Assembly: GCA_964454175.1 (NCBI GenBank)
Contig: CAYVSA010000041.1
Coordinates: 1 to 18,160, forward strand
Length of the DNA stretch: 18,160 nt
Direction of reading: 5' to 3'
DNA from: an uncultured Pseudomonadota bacterium
GTDB lineage: Bacteria; BMS3Abin14
Position numbers and translations under genes: made by a program. A model generated the notes under the pieces. That model had not been told where the DNA came from. It ran no database searches and saw only the letters and a program-made list of their open reading frames with translations. This document shows positions 1 to 9,977 of the stretch, one piece after another (within the stretch, counting starts at the first letter, position 1; each line of letters starts with the position of its first letter).

Positions 1-83
1 ACCAGGGACCTTGGACACCGGCATAAGACCGGCAGGCGAGGGATCGAACCAGGATAACTGTCTTGCGATTAATAAATCAGTTC

Positions 84-1244
84 TTATTTTGACAGCACCA
101 ACTCCACCAACCTGACCCAGTATTCCACTCCCAACGGGATGATGTCGTCGTTGAAATCGTAGTCGGACCTGTGGGACATTGAGCCGCCCTCCCCAGTCCC
201 GTTCCCGATGAAGATGTAGTTTCCCGGGACCTTCTCCAGGTAGTAGGAGAAGTCTTCCGAGGCCATCAGGGGCTGTGTGTCAGGGTCCGCGTTCTCATTG
301 CCAACGACACTGGCGGCGGCTTTTATAGCGGCGGCGGTTTCCTCTGCAGTGTTAACCGTCACTGGATAGCCCGGGAGGAATTCAAACTCATATTCGGCGC
401 CGTATGCGGAGCACACCCCGGAAAGGACCCGATCGATCCCCGCCTTCACCTGTTCACGCACCAGCTGCGTCTGTGTCCGGATGCAGCCTTTCAGGACGGC
501 CGTATCCGGGATCACGTTATAGGCTGAACCAGCATTAAAGCAGGTAATCGAGACCACCGCATTGTCAATGGGTTTGATACTCCTTGAAACGAGAGTCTGT
601 AGTGCCGTAACCACTTGAGAGGCGATGACTACAGGGTCGACGCCCGTGTGGGGCATGGCCGCGTGGGTCCCCCTGCCCCTGATCGTTATGTCAAAGTTGT
701 CCGTGGCGGCCATGATGATGCCCGTTCTTGTGGCGAACTTTCCGGCCGCGAGACCTGAGCGGTTGTGCATTCCGAATACCGCCCTTGCGGGGAACTTTTC
801 CAGAAGCCCGTCCTCGATCATAGCTTTCGCGCCGCCGCCCCCCTCTTCTGCCGGCTGGAAAATAAAATAGACTTTACCGTCAAAATTCCCGGTTTCGGCA
901 AGGTACCTTGCCGCTCCAAGAAGCATGGTCATGTGTCCGTCGTGACCGCAGGCGTGCATGACGCCTTCACTTACTGACCGGTGGTCAAAACTATTCTCTT
1001 CGTGAACGGGAAGAGCATCCATGTCCGCCCGGAGGGCGATGGCCTCACCTGAAGTACCGTTTTCAAGGATCCCCACCAACCCGGTTTTACCAAGGCCCCT
1101 GGCAACTTTAATTCCAAGCTTTTCCAGGTAGTCCGCAAGGACGCTGGAGGTTCTCACTTCCATGAACCCCAGTTCGGGATTTTTATGAAGATCGTGCCTG
1201 ATGAAGGTCAGGTCGTCAAGGTATGACAGGATCGAGTTTTTCAT
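84..1244 (-). CDS. M20D family amidohydrolase (hippurate hydrolase / aminoacylase-like)
   Basis: 386 aa. Motifs RHDLHKNPELGF, ALRADMDALP, MHACGHDGH, FQPAEEG, GxHAAMPH, SEDF and HxxxYDFND. GGAG RBS upstream. Starts 43 bp downstream of the tkt stop. Confidence 0.93.
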   Translation of the reverse strand: MKNSILSYLDDLTFIRHDLHKNPELGFMEVRTSSVLADYLEKLGIKVARGLGKTGLVGILENGTSGEAIALRADMDALPVHEENSFDHRSVSEGVMHACGHDGHMTMLLGAARYLAETGNFDGKVYFIFQPAEEGGGGAKAMIEDGLLEKFPARAVFGMHNRSGLAAGKFATRTGIIMAATDNFDITIRGRGTHAAMPHTGVDPVVIASQVVTALQTLVSRSIKPIDNAVVSITCFNAGSAYNVIPDTAVLKGCIRTQTQLVREQVKAGIDRVLSGVCSAYGAEYEFEFLPGYPVTVNTAEETAAAIKAAASVVGNENADPDTQPLMASEDFSYYLEKVPGNYIFIGNGTGEGGSMSHRSDYDFNDDIIPLGVEYWVRLVELVLSK

Positions 1245-1287
1245 GGACTCTCCGGAGCAGCGCGTAGATATGGCGGCGCAGGTGTTG

Positions 1288-3291
1288 TCAGCTATCAGCC
1301 AGGAGCTTCTGGACTGTCGCAGCGATATTGGCGGCGGTAAAGCCGAACTTCTCGAAATTTACGCTGCCGGGAGCCGAGGCGCCGAATCTTTCCATGCCGA
1401 TGACAGACCCGTCAAGGCCGACATACCGATCCCACCCGAAGGGCGCGGCTGCTTCTACTGCGACTCTGACCTTTATTCCCGGAGGCAGAACCTCCTGCCG
1501 GTAGGCTTCGTCCTGGCGCTCGAAGAGTTCGAAGCTGGCGAAGTTAACCACCCTTGTGCCAATGCCCTTTTCAGCAAGGAGCTCCATGGCTTCCACGGCA
1601 GGGGCCACCTCCGACCCGCTTGCCATGATGACAGCCTGCTGATCGTACTCACTTTCAGCTAGAACGTATGCACCGCGGGAGATCGCGTCTGCAGACGGTC
1701 TCCCCTCCCGGTGGAGGGGTTCAAGCTTCTGACGGGTGAGGGCAATGAATACGGGAGAGTCCGCTTTCATAGTGATTTTCCACGCTTCAACGGTCTCTGC
1801 CGCGTCTGCAGGCCGAAGGTCGATCAATCCCGGGATAGTGCGAAGGGAAGGAATCTGTTCGATGGGCTGGTGAGTGGGCCCGTCTTCCCCGACACCAATG
1901 CTGTCGTGGGTGAACACGAAAATGGTTTTTGCCCCCGCCAGGCTTGCCAGGCGGATGGTAGGTCTCATGTAATCGGAAAAAATGAGAAATGTAGCCACGT
2001 AGGGCCTGATGGCTCCGTGAAGCGCCATGCCGTTGGCAATAGCTCCCATGGCATGCTCGCGCACCCCGAAGTGTATATTCCGCGCGGCCCGATCATCCCT
2101 GGAAAATGATCCCTCACCATCGATGATGGTATTTGTGGACGGTGCCAGGTCGGCAGATCCACCCATAAGGTTGGGCACGACTTTTGCGATAGCGTTAATT
2201 GCCTTGCCCGAGGCAGCCCGTGTTGCCATGGCCTCAGAGGAAAGATCAGGGAGCACATCCTCCCACCCCTCGGGAAGTTTTCCACTCCAGACCATGTCCC
2301 ACTCCCCTGCAAGGTCGGGATGTTTTTTACCATACTCGGCAAGGAGCGACTTCCACATTCTCTCCAGTTCCGCACCGTCTTCTGCGGCGCTGCGAAACAC
2401 TGAAAGAGCATCATGGGGAATGAAAAAATCAGGTTCGGCAGGCCAACCGAGGTTCTTCCTGGTGAGGTTGATCTCCTCCTCGCCCAGGGGAGCGCCGTGG
2501 GCCCCAGCGGTGTCCTGCTTGTTGGGACTGCCGTAGGCGATGTGTGTCCTGACAGCTATCAGGGACGGTCTGGATGTGACCTGACGAGCATTCTCGATGG
2601 CCTCCCTGATGGCTCCGGTATCGTTGCCGTCTTCCACTGTGTGCACGTGCCAGCCGTAGGCCGTATACCTCGTGACCACGCCCTCGGAAAAGGCGAGGTC
2701 TGTTGGACCCTCGATTGTTATGTGATTATCATCGTAAAGGACAATGAGCTTTCCCAGGCCGAGGTGGCCCGCAAGTGAAGAAGCCTCACTGCTCACACCC
2801 TCCATCAGGTCTCCGTCTCCCGCAATCACGTAAGTGAAGTGGTCCATGATGGGAAAGCCGGGTCTGTTGTACTTTTCCGCAAGGTGTGCCTCGGCCATGG
2901 CCATTCCAACGGCGTTGGATATCCCCTGGCCAAGGGGGCCGGTTGTGGTCTCAACTCCCGGAGTGACGTAGTTTTCCGGATGGCCGGGCGTTTTTGAACC
3001 CCACTGACGGAAGTTCTTCAGGTCGTCCAGTGTCAGGTTGTAGCCTGTCAGGTGGAGAAGAGAGTACAGGAGCATGGAACCGTGACCGGCAGAAAGAACA
3101 AAGCGGTCGCGGTTGGGCCAGGCTGGATCTGTCGGGTTGTGGCGCAGAAACTCCTTCCACAGGACGTAGGCCATGGGTGCAGCCCCCATGGGCATGCCGG
3201 GGTGGCCCGAGTTGGCCTTCTGTACACCGTCGACTGAAAGCATCCTGATAGTATTGATACATCGTGTTTCAAGGTCTTTATCTGCTGTCAT
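1288..3291 (-). CDS. tkt: Transketolase
   Basis: 667 aa. [24 protein letters not shown]-binding GDGDLMEG...[28 protein letters not shown]. Confidence 0.98.
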   Translation of the reverse strand: MTADKDLETRCINTIRMLSVDGVQKANSGHPGMPMGAAPMAYVLWKEFLRHNPTDPAWPNRDRFVLSAGHGSMLLYSLLHLTGYNLTLDDLKNFRQWGSKTPGHPENYVTPGVETTTGPLGQGISNAVGMAMAEAHLAEKYNRPGFPIMDHFTYVIAGDGDLMEGVSSEASSLAGHLGLGKLIVLYDDNHITIEGPTDLAFSEGVVTRYTAYGWHVHTVEDGNDTGAIREAIENARQVTSRPSLIAVRTHIAYGSPNKQDTAGAHGAPLGEEEINLTRKNLGWPAEPDFFIPHDALSVFRSAAEDGAELERMWKSLLAEYGKKHPDLAGEWDMVWSGKLPEGWEDVLPDLSSEAMATRAASGKAINAIAKVVPNLMGGSADLAPSTNTIIDGEGSFSRDDRAARNIHFGVREHAMGAIANGMALHGAIRPYVATFLIFSDYMRPTIRLASLAGAKTIFVFTHDSIGVGEDGPTHQPIEQIPSLRTIPGLIDLRPADAAETVEAWKITMKADSPVFIALTRQKLEPLHREGRPSADAISRGAYVLAESEYDQQAVIMASGSEVAPAVEAMELLAEKGIGTRVVNFASFELFERQDEAYRQEVLPPGIKVRVAVEAAAPFGWDRYVGLDGSVIGMERFGASAPGSVNFEKFGFTAANIAATVQKLLADS

Positions 3292-3351
3292 TACCTGGCT
3301 CCTGGAATTTCAAGAGTGAATGGATTATTTATGGCTTTGTCGGTGTGGCAG

Positions 3352-3380
3352 AAACTAGCAGTGTGGGTTTTAGGTGTCAA
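3352..3380 (-). promoter_or_regulatory. Putative sigma70 promoter for tkt and the amidohydrolase gene
   Basis: Minus strand reads TTGACA (3380-3375), 17-nt spacer, TAGTTT (3357-3352), with a TGn extended -10. About 60 bp upstream of the tkt ATG. Confidence 0.65.
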
Positions 3381-3412
3381 GAATTCTGTGCAGAATCTTC
3401 GATGTTCAACGT

Positions 3413-4171
3413 TTAATGCTCTAATGTTCTTTCTACACCGATTTCAATAAAATCGAAATACGACACCGAGCTCTCACCAGTGTTGTCCGAGTCGTTCATG
3501 ACGGCGATGCTGGCGGTTCGGGGCGGGTCGGTGCCGAAGGCTTTTCGGTAGTCCTCAAGGATGTTGACCTCATTGGTGACCCACTGACCTACCAGGGAAA
3601 GACCTGACTGAACAGGGATCATCATGCTCCTTTTCGTGAAGGCGTTGGGGATCGCTTCCTGTCCCCTGGCCTGGTTTGCCCAGATGTAATTCAGCCCGCT
3701 GTAGGGTGGATATCTTTTGTAGAGAAGCTTGGCGATACTGAATTTCAGCGATTTTTTTACCGCCGGGTCCTTCGTATCGTACTTGAACATCACGTAGAGC
3801 CTCGCCGGGTAATCGTCTCCTGATTTCCTGGAAGCATCTCCATCTTTGTAGATATTGCTGACCTTCCATCGCCACCGCAGCAGGGGAAATTTGTAAGGAT
3901 CGAACTCACCCTTCCACCTGAGGCCCGAAGCAGATGCCTTGCTCTCGGCCTTCAGATAGCTGACACCATCACTTTTTTCTGTTACGTAGCGGGAAGTTCT
4001 TTCGATCTTTGGAAAGAGTTGAGGTTCCCAGTCTGTCATGGAATCGAACTGTTCTGACAGTATTTTTTCTTCCTGGACCTTCTGGGACCGTGACACGGAC
4101 GGTTCTATTGCTATTATTAATATCGCCGCTGCCAGTGCCGGGATGATAGCAGCAGAGATGATGGGCTTCAA
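3413..4171 (-). CDS. DUF3047 domain exported protein
   Basis: N-terminal signal/TM segment. Family-like motifs [48 protein letters not shown] start overlaps the upstream TGA stop (TTGA, 4171-4168), with GAGG upstream. Confidence 0.85.
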   Translation of the reverse strand: MKPIISAAIIPALAAAILIIAIEPSVSRSQKVQEEKILSEQFDSMTDWEPQLFPKIERTSRYVTEKSDGVSYLKAESKASASGLRWKGEFDPYKFPLLRWRWKVSNIYKDGDASRKSGDDYPARLYVMFKYDTKDPAVKKSLKFSIAKLLYKRYPPYSGLNYIWANQARGQEAIPNAFTKRSMMIPVQSGLSLVGQWVTNEVNILEDYRKAFGTDPPRTASIAVMNDSDNTGESSVSYFDFIEIGVERTLEH

Positions 4172-6282
4172 TGCTGATTTTCCTCTTCAATCTCCCGGAT
4201 GATATTCAGCATTGAGTCAACGCTCGTGGTGGGATTTCGGCATATGAAATCGATGCAGATAAAAGCGGTGGTTTCCTTTTCGAAGGTCTTTAACTCCCTG
4301 GCGAATGGTACCAGGTTAAGAAGGTCTGAGTTTTTGGTGTTGGAGGGTATAAAAGCGAGTACCATCTGTGGAAAGTACGATCTCCTGAGAGCGCTGAGCA
4401 TCTCTACTGTACTCTCTTTTTCCGGGTCCCCGACCACCACCGTTTCCAATGATGGCCCCATGGCCTGAAGCAGGGCGCTGGTCATAAAAGAAGCCGAAGC
4501 CGGGTTCTGATTTATCTGGTCTGAAAACGCCCTTCCGATAGCTGCAACCCTTTCTTCCAATCGCGGGTCCGCGGTCAGCCTCCCTATGCGAAGGTTTGTC
4601 ATTGCGGCAATGGAATTGCCCGATGGAACTGACAGATCGGAAAGAAGTTTCTGGCGCAGCAGGAGTGGTTCAGCTCCTGCTGGGGTGAAGAAGTATCCAC
4701 CGTCCTTTTCATCCCAGAACAGGCAGTGCATGTCCTCGTTGATGGTAATGGCCGCCCTGAGGTAGCGCGCCTTGAACGTCGCCTGGTATAGTTCCAGAAA
4801 CCCCCACGCGAGGAATGCGTAATCGTCAAGATAACCGTCAGAGGTCGTAACCCCCTTCATCCTGCTGTGCAGGAGTTTTCTGCCTGGGGCTTTCATGGTT
4901 TTCAGGATCTCGTTGGCCGTCCTTTCCGCTTCCGAGGCGAGGTCTGCATCATCAAAGGCAGCCGCAGCCTTGGCTAGAGCAGCTATTATCAGGCCGTTCC
5001 AGTCGGTGAGTATTTTTTCGTCTCTTGCCGGGCGTTTTCGGTCTTTCCTTGAGGCGAAAAGTTTTGCACGGGAGCTGGCAAGGATCTTTTCGACCTCTTC
5101 AGGCTGAAGTCGTGCGGCTGCAGCCACATGCTCAAGGTCCTCTGTCCTGTGGGGAATGTTGTCTCCAGTCTCCCTTCCCGTCTCGGAGATAAAGTTACCC
5201 TTGTCCTTGATGTTGAAGGCAAGCCTGAACAGGCTGGCTTCGGTTTTGTCCAGAACAGAGTCGATCTCTTCGGCGGTCCAGGTGTAGAAAAGCCCCTCGA
5301 TGCCGTCGGTGTCTGCGTCTTCGGCTGAGTAAAATGCGCCGTTTTCGTGGCGCATGTCTCGTATGATGTAGTTTATTATTTCCCTTGCGGTAGTTTTGTA
5401 GGATTCATTTCCAGTTGCCTGATACGCTTCGGTGTAGACCATGATCATGAGGGCCTGGTCATAGAGCATTTTCTCGAAATGGGGGACAAGCCAGCGGTCA
5501 TCAGTGGAGTACCTGTGGAATCCGAAACCCACATGGTCGTAGACCCCTCCTGCCCTCATGCAGTTCAGGGTTTTTTCAGCCATCTCCAGGGCCAGTGTCT
5601 TGCCGGAGTTCTTCCAGTATCTGAGCAAAAACAGCAGGCTGCCCGGGCTGGGAAATTTGGGGGCCGAACCAAACCCTCCAGACCTCTCATCGAAGTGGGA
5701 TGTTAAAGTGGTGAATGTTCCCTCGATGGCTTTATTCCCTGGGGTCCTGCCGGGTCTGGGAGCCGACTCCGCAAGGGCTTCCATTGCCTGCTCTGCCGCG
5801 TTGATAGCTTTCGTCTTCCTGTTTTGCCAGATGTCGGCGATCTGGTTCACTAGCTGGATCATGCCCATGCGCCCGTATCGTGATTCCTTCGGGAAGTAGG
5901 TGCCGGCGAAAAAAGGTTTCTTGTCCGGGGTCAAAATGATAGTCAACGGCCACCCGGCACTTCCGGTGAGGGCCTGGCAGACGGTGAGGTATACGTTGTC
6001 GAGATCAGGCCGCTCTTCCCTGTCTACCTTGATATTGACGAAGGTGTCGTTCATTAAGCCGGCCACCTCTGTGTCACAGAAAGACTCCTTTTCCATGACG
6101 TGGCACCAGTGACAGGCCGAGTATCCTATGGACAGGAATATGGGTTTATCTCCCGTCGCGGCCTTCATGAATGCCTCCTGCGACCATGGATACCAGTCCA
6201 CCGGATTGAGAGCGTGCTGGCGCAGATAGGGGCTTTTTTCCCTTATCAGTCTGTTGGGTCTTGTCTTTTTCATTTCGGGCAT
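4168..6282 (-). CDS. YyaL/SPATA20-like thioredoxin-domain protein (DUF255 plus six-hairpin glycosidase-like domain)
   Basis: 704 aa. [79 protein letters not shown]. Confidence 0.93.
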   Translation of the reverse strand: MPEMKKTRPNRLIREKSPYLRQHALNPVDWYPWSQEAFMKAATGDKPIFLSIGYSACHWCHVMEKESFCDTEVAGLMNDTFVNIKVDREERPDLDNVYLTVCQALTGSAGWPLTIILTPDKKPFFAGTYFPKESRYGRMGMIQLVNQIADIWQNRKTKAINAAEQAMEALAESAPRPGRTPGNKAIEGTFTTLTSHFDERSGGFGSAPKFPSPGSLLFLLRYWKNSGKTLALEMAEKTLNCMRAGGVYDHVGFGFHRYSTDDRWLVPHFEKMLYDQALMIMVYTEAYQATGNESYKTTAREIINYIIRDMRHENGAFYSAEDADTDGIEGLFYTWTAEEIDSVLDKTEASLFRLAFNIKDKGNFISETGRETGDNIPHRTEDLEHVAAAARLQPEEVEKILASSRAKLFASRKDRKRPARDEKILTDWNGLIIAALAKAAAAFDDADLASEAERTANEILKTMKAPGRKLLHSRMKGVTTSDGYLDDYAFLAWGFLELYQATFKARYLRAAITINEDMHCLFWDEKDGGYFFTPAGAEPLLLRQKLLSDLSVPSGNSIAAMTNLRIGRLTADPRLEERVAAIGRAFSDQINQNPASASFMTSALLQAMGPSLETVVVGDPEKESTVEMLSALRRSYFPQMVLAFIPSNTKNSDLLNLVPFARELKTFEKETTAFICIDFICRNPTTSVDSMLNIIREIEEENQH

Positions 6283-6306
6283 ACGAATTTGTTCCTGCGG
6301 AGCTGG

Positions 6307-7158
6307 TTACTCAGCCAGGACTCTTTTCCCGGCCACCCCGAAGCGGGGCCTGCGCGCAGCTCGTTCCGAGGCAAAGTATCTGAAAGGGAGTGCCAGCAAT
6401 CTGCCGAGAGAGTTGTCTGCGGGGCGCTGGTATCTTCCAACTCCGATGTTGATAGCAGACTGTGGGACATTGAGCAACAGGCTTTGGTTCAGAGCGTCCC
6501 ACCAGCGGAAGATGACGGAGTAGTTGGAGTTGAGTTCGCTCCTGACCACCGAGTGGTGAATGCCGTGCATCCTCGGGGTAACAATAACCCGATTCAGGCG
6601 TCTCTCGATCTCAATGGGAAGTTCAATGTTGCTGTGATGAAACAGTGTGGCTGACTGGAAGACGAGTTCGTACACTACGTATGTTACAGGGCCGATGCCG
6701 AGCAGGCCAACCTGAAGCACCCGGAAAACAGTCGAGTAGAGGATCTCCCCGAAGTGGAACCTGAAGGCTGTGGTGACATCAAGGTCGGGGTCGATGTGGT
6801 GAACGCTGTGAAAGCGCCACAGCAGAGCGATGGTGTGGTTGATCCTGTGCCAGTAGTAAAAACTCAGGTCCATGAGCAGAAAAGCTGCCATGAATCTGGT
6901 CCAGGCAGGAAGGGGAAAGGCGTTTAGCAGGCCAAAGGAACTTCCGGATGCCCAGAACGAGATTCCCATGGCTGCGGGTCTCACGACCAGGCCGCCGGCC
7001 AGGAAGGTCAGGCCCGTCATGCCCACGTTGGCGGCAAGCCGCCTGGATACGGCCATCTTATTCCGCCGGAGGGGCTTTTTCCTCTCCAGCAGAAACAATG
7101 CCGTGTAACCGAAAAAAAGCACAGCCGGGCCTGTATATCTTAAAAGATCGCCGTTCAT
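6307..7158 (-). CDS. Sterol desaturase / fatty acid hydroxylase superfamily membrane protein
   Basis: Histidine boxes YYWHRINH, WRFHSVHH, FHHSN and HGIHHS...NSNY. Several hydrophobic segments. Confidence 0.9.
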   Translation of the reverse strand: MNGDLLRYTGPAVLFFGYTALFLLERKKPLRRNKMAVSRRLAANVGMTGLTFLAGGLVVRPAAMGISFWASGSSFGLLNAFPLPAWTRFMAAFLLMDLSFYYWHRINHTIALLWRFHSVHHIDPDLDVTTAFRFHFGEILYSTVFRVLQVGLLGIGPVTYVVYELVFQSATLFHHSNIELPIEIERRLNRVIVTPRMHGIHHSVVRSELNSNYSVIFRWWDALNQSLLLNVPQSAINIGVGRYQRPADNSLGRLLALPFRYFASERAARRPRFGVAGKRVLAE

Positions 7159-7229
7159 CAGCCCTGGCCCGCCGCACCGAACAGGACAATGCTGACATCA
7201 CTTTTACTTGTCGGTTTCGAAGCAGCCAT
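7158..7229 (-). pseudogene. 23-codon mini-ORF MAASKPTSKSDVSIVLFGAAGQG*, probable N-terminal remnant of a 2-oxoacid:ferredoxin oxidoreductase alpha/gamma-type subunit
   Basis: Hand-translated. AAGGA RBS 6 nt before the ATG (7229). The stop overlaps the desaturase start (TGATG). DVSIVLxGxAGQG resembles the first strand and Gly-rich loop of KorA/PorC-type domains. Confidence 0.6.
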
Positions 7230-7408
7230 GGGGAATCCTTTGGTGAGGTTTAAAGCCCAACAAATATTCAGATCAAAAAGCTGGATATATTGCCTTTATT
7301 ATAGCCTAAAGTTGACTGTAAATTCGGAGGCAAAAGCTCTTATATCTTATTGAACACCACACGTGAACATGATAGAACCACCGTTCATGTTGATTGGAAG
7401 AAAGTGAA

Positions 7409-8194
7409 ATGACACAGGGACTATGGGACATTTTGAATCTGGCAGCGATGGGTTTTTACCTGCTGTCTCTTTTCGTATCCCTGATGTCCGTTGGATGGCC
7501 AAAGATGCACAGGTCGGCTCCTGTCTGGCCCGCGGCAGCCGGTCTGGCCGTTCAGATCGTTCAGCTGATCCTGAGGTGGAGGGCAGGTGGGCATCTTCCG
7601 GTAACGGGCCTTTTCGAGACCCAGCACTTTTTGACGATCTGGGTTGTCGCCCTGACCCTGTATTTTTACGTGCGTTATGGCGCTTCGCGGCTGGTTCCTG
7701 CATCCATGTCCCTTGCTGTGGCGTCTCTCGTCTTCGCAGTGCGCGGACCTTCAGCCGTTGTGCCCCTCTCACCCGCCATAGATACACCCCTTTTCATGAT
7801 CCACATCGCTACCTCATTTGCTGCCTACGGCCTCTTTGCCGTGGCTGCCATACTGGCCGTTTTCAGGCTCCTGGGTGTGCAGGTTTCAGAGGGAAAGGGG
7901 ACGAGAAGGATGCTGGACGAGAGCCTTTACATCGGCTACATCCTCTTCTCATGGACTATGATAGCCGGCAGCCTGTGGGCTTACCTCGCATGGGGTTCCT
8001 ACTGGACATGGCGCATCAAGGGGATATGGTCGTGGATCCTGTGGTTCTATTATTCAGGGGTGCTCCACGTTCGAAACCGGCAGCCCTGGCAGGGCACCCC
8101 GTTGAACATACTGGCGATCGCCGGTTTTGTCCTGGTTCTTTTTACGTACCTGGGACTGGGACTCCTGCTTTCGACTTCTCATCCCCTGCTCTGA
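7409..8194 (+). CDS. ccsA: Cytochrome c biogenesis system II protein, CcsA/ResC-like
   Basis: RW...GHLP...LFE, FMIHI, Trp-rich GSLWAYLAWGSYWTWRIKGIWSWILW, YSGVLHVR, and a C-terminal His. Multi-TM. ATG at 7409 is preferred over TTG at 7394 because of the purine-rich GGAAG upstream. Confidence 0.9.
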   Translation: MTQGLWDILNLAAMGFYLLSLFVSLMSVGWPKMHRSAPVWPAAAGLAVQIVQLILRWRAGGHLPVTGLFETQHFLTIWVVALTLYFYVRYGASRLVPASMSLAVASLVFAVRGPSAVVPLSPAIDTPLFMIHIATSFAAYGLFAVAAILAVFRLLGVQVSEGKGTRRMLDESLYIGYILFSWTMIAGSLWAYLAWGSYWTWRIKGIWSWILWFYYSGVLHVRNRQPWQGTPLNILAIAGFVLVLFTYLGLGLLLSTSHPLL

Positions 8195-8209
8195 GCAAAA
8201 GGCATCGGT

Positions 8210-9286
8210 ATGACGGCTGACAAAACAACTGAAAATAATGGAAGAGCGCCGTTGAGGGCTCTCACCCGACTCTGGGACACTCTTACCTCACCAGTGACAT
8301 TTGTAGTGATCTGTATCCTCTGGTGTCTGGACCTGGGCCTCGGGTCCATCGCGGCCTACTACTACGATCCCAAATTCTGGGTCAAGATGGATTCTTACCC
8401 ATTTAATGTATGGCTCGCCAAGATCGCGCCGCAGACATTTCCCAGGTCCCTGTGGATCTACATTCTCGTTGTATTGACCCTGGTAATGGTTTTGAGCCTC
8501 CTGCTGTGTACGATCAACTGGTTCTTCAGGAAGCGAAGGCGGCTCAAGGGTGTGGGGGAGGTCCTTGTCCACCTGGGGTTCCTGCTTATTTTTGCAGGCT
8601 TCTTTCTGGGAAGCGCCTTTGGCCACAGGACGATAGTCGAACTTGCTGAGGGCGGGAGCAGTGAAGTACCGGGCCTCGGTGGGAAACTCGGTCTGTCGGG
8701 GATGGAGATCGTGAGATCGCCTCGCGGCGAACCTTCAGACACTATTAGCGATGTGACTATTACACTGTCCGAGGGGAAAAGTGTCCGGGGTTCGGTTCGG
8801 CTCAACCACCCCCTCATATCTGGATCCGTCGTTGTTTATCCCCCCGATGATTACGGGTCCTTCATAAACGGAGGCGTAGTGGGAGTTGCGGGAACAGGGG
8901 CCGTTTCACTGGAACTGGGCCAGTCCATGGACATTGGCGGGGGCAGGAAACTCGCCCTGGAGGGAGCGCTCCAGCCTGGACAGGTTCGCGGAGGTCTGAG
9001 GGGACCGGGCCTGTTTCTCGTCATGAGGGACTCTAAAGGCGCTGCCGTAGATTCTGGATACGTGTCGTCGGTGCCCGGGATGCAGAACAGGGCAACGATC
9101 GGTGGGCTCGATATCGTCCTGGGACAGGTCAGGGAAAAGGCGGCCGGCAGGTACAGGGTGCACTATGACCCCGGGGTTTGGCTGGTTATTTTTGGGGCGA
9201 TCATACTAGCCCTTGGTACGCTTTGGGCACTCGCAGGCTACCTGGGTATACTGCCGCTTGCCGCCAGAGCAGGTGAACCATCCTGA
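8210..9286 (+). CDS. Cytochrome c biogenesis protein, ResB/CcsB-like
   Basis: SLLLCTIN, LVHLGFLLIFAG (conserved TM His), VRLNHPL, and YDPGVWLV before a C-terminal TM. 15 bp downstream of ccsA. Confidence 0.85.
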   Translation: MTADKTTENNGRAPLRALTRLWDTLTSPVTFVVICILWCLDLGLGSIAAYYYDPKFWVKMDSYPFNVWLAKIAPQTFPRSLWIYILVVLTLVMVLSLLLCTINWFFRKRRRLKGVGEVLVHLGFLLIFAGFFLGSAFGHRTIVELAEGGSSEVPGLGGKLGLSGMEIVRSPRGEPSDTISDVTITLSEGKSVRGSVRLNHPLISGSVVVYPPDDYGSFINGGVVGVAGTGAVSLELGQSMDIGGGRKLALEGALQPGQVRGGLRGPGLFLVMRDSKGAAVDSGYVSSVPGMQNRATIGGLDIVLGQVREKAAGRYRVHYDPGVWLVIFGAIILALGTLWALAGYLGILPLAARAGEPS

Positions 9287-9302
9287 TGCGGAAGGAACGA
9301 TC

Positions 9303-9977
9303 ATGAGCAGATTGCTGGCCCCGGATTGGGACAAAATAGACGTCGTTCTCCTGGACATGGACGGGACGCTGCTGGACAAGCACTTTGACGATCACTTCTG
9401 GGAAGACTACGTTCCCAGGCAGTACGCCGAGAAAAAGGGTATGGCCCTGAACGATGCTGCCGAGATGCTATTCGGCCTGTACAGGGCGCAGGAGGGCACC
9501 CTCAACTGGACTGATCTGGATTTCTGGTCTGAGCGCCTTGACCTTGACATACCAGAGATGAAAAGGCAGATAGATCACCTGATCGGGGTCCACCCTTATG
9601 TCATCCAGTTCCTCGAAAGGATGAGGGAGATAGGTAAAAGGTTATATCTTGTTACCAACGCCCACAGCAAGACTCTGGACCTGAAAATGGAAAAGACCCC
9701 TCTGGTGGGCAAGTTTGATGGTGCTGTGACTTCCCAGGATCTGGGGGCTCCGAAAGAGGATGTGAAGAGCTGGAAAAAGCTCAAAGAAATCCTGGATTTC
9801 GATCCCGAGGCAACTCTTCTTGCTGAAGATACTGTGAAAGTCCTTGAAACCGCAGAAAGTTTCGGGATCAAATACCTCGTCTTTGTGAAAAGATCCAGCA
9901 GCACCAGACCGCCCAAAACTTCCGAACAGTATTTTTCCATTGATACATTCCGGGAAATAACCCCCAAGAAGAGATGA
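9303..9977 (+). CDS. HAD-IA hydrolase, YrfG-like GMP/IMP nucleotidase
   Basis: W..ID.VLLDMDGTLLDKHFDDHFW, GTLNW..LDFWS..L.LDI, LVTNAH, G.PKED. ATG at 9303 with GGAAGGA RBS is preferred over the ORF-track start at 9213. Confidence 0.88.
   Translation: MSRLLAPDWDKIDVVLLDMDGTLLDKHFDDHFWEDYVPRQYAEKKGMALNDAAEMLFGLYRAQEGTLNWTDLDFWSERLDLDIPEMKRQIDHLIGVHPYVIQFLERMREIGKRLYLVTNAHSKTLDLKMEKTPLVGKFDGAVTSQDLGAPKEDVKSWKKLKEILDFDPEATLLAEDTVKVLETAESFGIKYLVFVKRSSSTRPPKTSEQYFSIDTFREITPKKR

Noticed and set aside
7155-7160. Selenocysteine read-through of the mini-ORF TGA
   Set aside because: The same frame has a second TGA immediately after, and the desaturase is in a different frame.
7366-7391. AACATGA-N12-TCATGTT inverted repeat upstream of ccsA as an operator
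   Set aside because: Only 7-bp arms, a single occurrence, and no regulator assignable, so it is not distinguishable from chance.
7423-8220. Long alternative-frame ORF (265 aa) over ccsA, and the other shadow ORFs such as 6100-6654, 2027-2536 and 9596-10120
   Set aside because: They overlap well-supported genes and have no recognisable motifs. Such ORFs are expected at this GC content.
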